This document shows positions 59,927 through 64,000 of a DNA stretch of 64,000 bases, piece by piece (positions within the stretch are counted from its first letter, which is position 1; each line of letters begins with the position of its first letter). The translations under genes were made by a program, and so were the position numbers. This stretch comes from an uncultured Acidobacteriaceae bacterium (GTDB lineage: Bacteria > Acidobacteriota > Terriglobia > Terriglobales > Acidobacteriaceae). The notes beneath the pieces were generated by a model. That model did not search any database. It saw only the letters and a list, made by a program, of their open reading frames with translations, and was not told the DNA's origin. Location of the stretch: assembly GCA_963844525.1 (NCBI GenBank), contig CAWJOM010000006.1:1368601-1432600 (forward strand), written 5' to 3'.

Positions 59927-61081
59927 ATGAAATTCTCAAGCACGGTCTTCGTTTTCGCGCTCTTCGCCACTTCCACTCTGCTGACCGCCCAGCAATCGAA
60001 GCTTGCCGCGCCGGTGACTCCTCCGCAGCCCCCGCCGCGACTGGACACTCCCGAGGTGCACCCCGATAACAGCGTCACCTTCCGCTTTCGCGCTCCTAAT
60101 GCGCAGGAAGTGAAACTCGCGCGCGAAGGCACCGAGCCGGTCGCCATGCAAAAAGACGATCAGGGCGTATGGACGGTCAACACACCGCCTCTGTCACCCG
60201 ACTATTACGGATACTCCTTTAGCGTGGACGGCGTGCGCTCCCTCGATCCCAATAACCACGGCCTCGTCCCGAATCTGATCTCCCCGGCAAATTTCGTCCA
60301 TGTTCCCGGCCCGCCGTCGCTTCCGTGGGAGCTGAACGACGTGGCGCATGGAGAAATCCACCATCATTTCTACAAGTCTGCTGTCGCCGACGATGAGCGC
60401 GACTTCTATGTCTACACGCCACCAGGCTACGACCCAACTTCGAACAAGACATATCCCGTGCTGTATCTGCTGCACGGCTACAGCGACGACGCCAGCGGCT
60501 GGACCGCGGTTGGCCGCGCCAACGTGATTCTCGACAATCTCATCGCGCATGGAAAAGCCAAGCCCATGATCGTCGTCATGCCGCTGGGCTACGGCACCAT
60601 GGAGATCATCACGTTGGGATGGGGCGCGTGGGGCCACACCGATGTGCGCGACAAGAATTTCTCGAACTTCCGCCAGGCATTGCTCACGGAAGTCATGCCG
60701 AAAGTTGAGAGCGAGTATCGCGTAACAAAAGATCGCAACTCGCGCGCGATTGCCGGCCTCTCGATGGGCGGATCCGAATCGCTGTTAACGGGACTGAATA
60801 ACCTCGACAGGTTTGCCTGGATCGGCGCCTTCAGCGCGGGCGGACTTCCCGACGGCTTTGAGAAAGACTTCCCCGGTCTCGACGCGAAGGCGAACGAACA
60901 GATTCGCTTGCTGTGGATCGCCTGCGGCACGGAAGACCGCCTGATCAAAGTGAACCGCGACCTGCGCGAATGGCTCAAAACGAAAGGCGTCCAGCACACC
61001 GACATCGAAACGCCAGGGATGCACACCTGGATGGTCTGGCGTAGGAATCTCTCGGAATTTGCACCACTGCTGTTCCGATAA
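59927..61081 (+). CDS. secreted esterase (esterase D / enterochelin-esterase-like) with N-terminal Ig-like domain
   Basis: ORF trimmed to the ATG at 59927 with a signal peptide. YPVLYLLHGYSDD..GLSMGG nucleophile elbow. Confidence 0.8.
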   Translation: MKFSSTVFVFALFATSTLLTAQQSKLAAPVTPPQPPPRLDTPEVHPDNSVTFRFRAPNAQEVKLAREGTEPVAMQKDDQGVWTVNTPPLSPDYYGYSFSVDGVRSLDPNNHGLVPNLISPANFVHVPGPPSLPWELNDVAHGEIHHHFYKSAVADDERDFYVYTPPGYDPTSNKTYPVLYLLHGYSDDASGWTAVGRANVILDNLIAHGKAKPMIVVMPLGYGTMEIITLGWGAWGHTDVRDKNFSNFRQALLTEVMPKVESEYRVTKDRNSRAIAGLSMGGSESLLTGLNNLDRFAWIGAFSAGGLPDGFEKDFPGLDAKANEQIRLLWIACGTEDRLIKVNRDLREWLKTKGVQHTDIETPGMHTWMVWRRNLSEFAPLLFR

Positions 61082-61098
61082 GTAGCGCTACATTCTTG

Positions 61099-64000
61099 CT
61101 ACGGGACGTCGACGTGCTCCCGATTTTCCGCCGGCACATAATTCACCGCCGCAGTGCGCTCCAGCTTGTCCCACGCGAACTTGCGGCCTTCCAGCGCGCG
61201 CTTCAGCGTTTTGAAGAGCACGATCGAAAATAATTGCCGGTAGGCGAAGCGCTGCAGCCAGACTTGGCTGAGCAGCCAGACGTCTTCTTTATCGTCGGGA
61301 TGCGAACGCTCGAGGGCAAACGCAATCGCCGAAGCAATGAAGTCGATCACCAGAAACGCGAAGAAGAACAGCACGAGTTTGTGGAAGTCGGCGGGATCGG
61401 TCGAGTCCGGGTGAAAATGTTTCTGGATGTAATACCAGACAGTGCCCACCACGAACATGATGTCGATGAGCGGCGAAACCAGTGGCAGCAGAATCTGGAA
61501 AATGACGATGTTGGGCAGCGCCACCCATCCCAGCGGGCCTTCCCGGCCAACGACCTTGCGGTGCTTATAGACGGCCTGCAGAATTCCGAACGACCAACGG
61601 AATCGTTGGCGCATCAAGCCATTTGCATTGGTCGGAGCCTCGGTGTAAGCGAGCGCCATGTCTTCGTACTCGACGCGATATCCCAAACGCAGGAGCGCCA
61701 TCGTGAGATCGGCGTCCTCGGCGACAGTGTCGATGTGGTAGCCGCCGGCCTCGCGCACGGCCGAAACGCGCCATGCCCCGATCGCGCCCGGCACAACGCT
61801 CACTGCTCCGAGAACGTCGAGGGCGCGCCGCTCGAAATTCTGGCTGGTGATGTATTCCAGCGCCTGCCAGCGTGTCCACAGATTGACGCGGTTGCCGACC
61901 TTGGCATTGCCCGCGATCGCCCCAACTTTTGGATTGATGAAATGTGGCACGAGTCGTGAGATCGCATCCGGAGCGATGATCGTATCCGCGTCGATGCCGA
62001 CGAAGAGTTCCGCATCGCCGATATGCTCAATGCCAAAGTTCAGCGCTTCCGCCTTGCCTGAGTTCGGCTTTCCGAGGATCAGTACTTTTCCCGCGGCAGC
62101 CTCGGCGGCGAAAGCGTCGCGCGCCACTTCGAGCGTACGGTCCCGCGAGCCATCGTCAATGACAATGACGAACAAATTCGGATAGTTCGAATTGAGTGCC
62201 GCCCGCACCGTCCGCTCGATCACTTTTTCTTCGTTGTAAGCGGGAATCAGCACGGCGACCTTCGGCTTGTACGACGCGACCTCGGCGGGCTTGCCGAAAA
62301 TCTTTTCGTGCACGCGGTCATACACCGCCGCCGCTCCAATAAAGATGAGGCGGCCGGTCATCAGCAGATCGCCCACGAGAAAGATCCAGGTGATGCCGAC
62401 GATGCCGGCGTCGAAAATAAAGAAGCCGAAACGGTCAAGCCGCGCTGCCCACAGTTCGCCCGCCGGCAGGGGGGCCATTACATCTGCCCGGGTTTTGCCA
62501 ATCAGGTCGTAGACCGGCGCAATCTCATATCCTCGGGCCCGGATCCCGTCGATGATCATCGGCAGGGCGCGCACAGTTTCCGAACGATTCCCGCCGCCAT
62601 CATGCATCAGCACAATGTTTCCGCAGCGCAAATCTTCCGGGCGGCAGGGCGGCAGGTGCGACAGCACGTACGCCGTCATCTTTTCCGCCGATGGGTTCTC
62701 GCTCCAGTCGTTGGTGTCGATGCGATTGCCGACAGTGATGTAGCCCATTTCCTGCGGAATCTCCAGCGGACGCACCTGGTCCGCCGTGTCCGGCTCTTCA
62801 TCGATCGCGTACGGCGGCCGCATCAATGTCGTGCGAACACCGATCAAGCTGGCGAAGAGCCGTTCCGTCAGATTCAACTCCACCTTCATGTAGGCGGTGG
62901 AGATATTGCTGACGTCGGGATGCGTGAAGGTGTGATTCCCGATCGTGTGCCCTTCGTCGTAAATCCTCTTCGCGACCGCCGAGAACTTGTCGGTCTGGAT
63001 CCCGATCAGGAAAAACGTCGCGGTCGCGTTCTTCTCTTTGAGCACATCGAGGATCTTCGGAGTCCACTCGGGGTCAGGCCCGTCGTCAAAGGTGAGCGCA
63101 ATTTTGTTCGGGCTGTAGCCAAAGCGCCCCACGCGGTATGGCTCCGGCAGCGTCTGGAAAACCTCGTCGCTGATGAGCTTGCTGTTGGCATCGACAGTCA
63201 AGTCCCGTGTGCCGTGCGCAGGTTTGTCCTCAATGCGGAGGATCTCGCCCTGGCCCTCCATATCAACTTCAACTCCGGGCGGAACATCTTTCAGTTTGTC
63301 GGTAGCGCCCGCGTCGCCCGGCACGTCCCACACTCGCCACAGTGAGCGGTCCTCGCTCCCCAGTCGCCATAGGGCAAAGGTTTGGATCCCGAGATTCTGC
63401 GCGGCTCGCATGTGATTCAATGCGGTCACCGCATCCAGGAACCATATATCGTGCCGGAAACTGCGTTCATCGAGATAGCTGAAATGCGGATTCATGGCGT
63501 CATCGTCAAAGTTGACGTCTTCATCCGAATCGCGCGCCGCCAGCCATGCGTCCTGCACGCTCACCGTGCTGTCGTGAACTCCCGGGGGAAGGCTCCCTTT
63601 CTTGGGCTTCAGCACCCAGTCGTAGCCGTAGTTCGCGATCGCGCAGATGATTTTTTCGTGTGGGATGACGGTTTTGGCAAACGTCAGATTCTGCACGAAC
63701 CAATCTTGCGATGCCACCGGGCCCGACGCCGCTCCCGGATAGTGCTCGTCATAATTCATCAGCACGACGCCGTCAGCCGCAGCGGCAATCGCGGGATAGT
63801 CATATTCGTTGCTGTGCGCAGGCACCGCGACGTACAGCTTCATTCCCCGGCCGTGCAGGTCACTCGACAATTCCTGCAGCAGCGAGACGTAGCCCGCCTG
63901 CCCGGTGGGCGGAAACGCCTCGAAGTCGATCATCAGGCCCCGGTAGTGGCCGGAGGAAAGAAACAGCGACGCCTGTTCACGGAAGCGCTTACGGGCGCCG
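61099..64000 (-). CDS. GH18-like + CE4 polysaccharide deacetylase + family-2 processive glycosyltransferase fusion (5' partial)
   Basis: The frame stays open to the window edge. GLMIDFE (GH18 D-x-E), FDDGPDPEWTP..GNHTFTHP (NodB), TM helices, IPAYNEE..VIDDGSRD..GIDADT..RQRFRWSFG (GT2 QxxRW). Confidence 0.85.
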   Translation of the reverse strand, partial: GARKRFREQASLFLSSGHYRGLMIDFEAFPPTGQAGYVSLLQELSSDLHGRGMKLYVAVPAHSNEYDYPAIAAAADGVVLMNYDEHYPGAASGPVASQDWFVQNLTFAKTVIPHEKIICAIANYGYDWVLKPKKGSLPPGVHDSTVSVQDAWLAARDSDEDVNFDDDAMNPHFSYLDERSFRHDIWFLDAVTALNHMRAAQNLGIQTFALWRLGSEDRSLWRVWDVPGDAGATDKLKDVPPGVEVDMEGQGEILRIEDKPAHGTRDLTVDANSKLISDEVFQTLPEPYRVGRFGYSPNKIALTFDDGPDPEWTPKILDVLKEKNATATFFLIGIQTDKFSAVAKRIYDEGHTIGNHTFTHPDVSNISTAYMKVELNLTERLFASLIGVRTTLMRPPYAIDEEPDTADQVRPLEIPQEMGYITVGNRIDTNDWSENPSAEKMTAYVLSHLPPCRPEDLRCGNIVLMHDGGGNRSETVRALPMIIDGIRARGYEIAPVYDLIGKTRADVMAPLPAGELWAARLDRFGFFIFDAGIVGITWIFLVGDLLMTGRLIFIGAAAVYDRVHEKIFGKPAEVASYKPKVAVLIPAYNEEKVIERTVRAALNSNYPNLFVIVIDDGSRDRTLEVARDAFAAEAAAGKVLILGKPNSGKAEALNFGIEHIGDAELFVGIDADTIIAPDAISRLVPHFINPKVGAIAGNAKVGNRVNLWTRWQALEYITSQNFERRALDVLGAVSVVPGAIGAWRVSAVREAGGYHIDTVAEDADLTMALLRLGYRVEYEDMALAYTEAPTNANGLMRQRFRWSFGILQAVYKHRKVVGREGPLGWVALPNIVIFQILLPLVSPLIDIMFVVGTVWYYIQKHFHPDSTDPADFHKLVLFFFAFLVIDFIASAIAFALERSHPDDKEDVWLLSQVWLQRFAYRQLFSIVLFKTLKRALEGRKFAWDKLERTAAVNYVPAENREHVDVP

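Overview
This is a 64-kb, gene-dense, high-GC chromosomal segment (GC judged by eye, not computed). The gene content points to Acidobacteriota (Terriglobia-like): a TIGR03436-type VWA protein, a YXWGXW-repeat protein, a CarboxypepD_reg/TonB-dependent receptor, an S53 sedolisin and many signal-peptide hypotheticals. It is mostly housekeeping. It holds an F-type ATP synthase operon (b', b, delta, alpha, gamma, beta, epsilon, with no a or c subunit genes), hfq-hflX, etfB-etfA plus ETF-QO, moaA, pfk, homoserine dehydrogenase and a class V aminotransferase. It also holds a compact nucleoside cluster (DUF62 SAM hydrolase, purine nucleoside phosphorylase, ADGF-like adenosine deaminase) with a stand-alone ERCC4 nuclease embedded in it. 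I found no rRNA, tRNA, CRISPR array, transposase, integrase, phage gene or recognisable defence gene, so I cannot claim a clear novel system. Five things stand out. (1) Several families of short hairpin or palindromic repeats fill intergenic gaps, and two of them sit in-frame inside moaA and the class V aminotransferase. (2) Stop-codon-rich periodic inverted arms bracket the intercistronic spacers of the atp and etf operons and end at the start codons. (3) Frame disruptions are strongly patchy. They are dense at 38.8-45.1 kb and 48.8-49.4 kb, isolated at about 7.86, 33.54 and 41.59 kb, and absent elsewhere. This could be pseudogene decay or local assembly and polishing error. (4) There is a 1.3-kb island without ORFs at 15.36-16.69 kb. 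(5) A GH18-CE4-GT2 triple-fusion exopolysaccharide enzyme runs off the 3' edge of the window. All functional calls come from reading motifs in the supplied translations; no database search was run.
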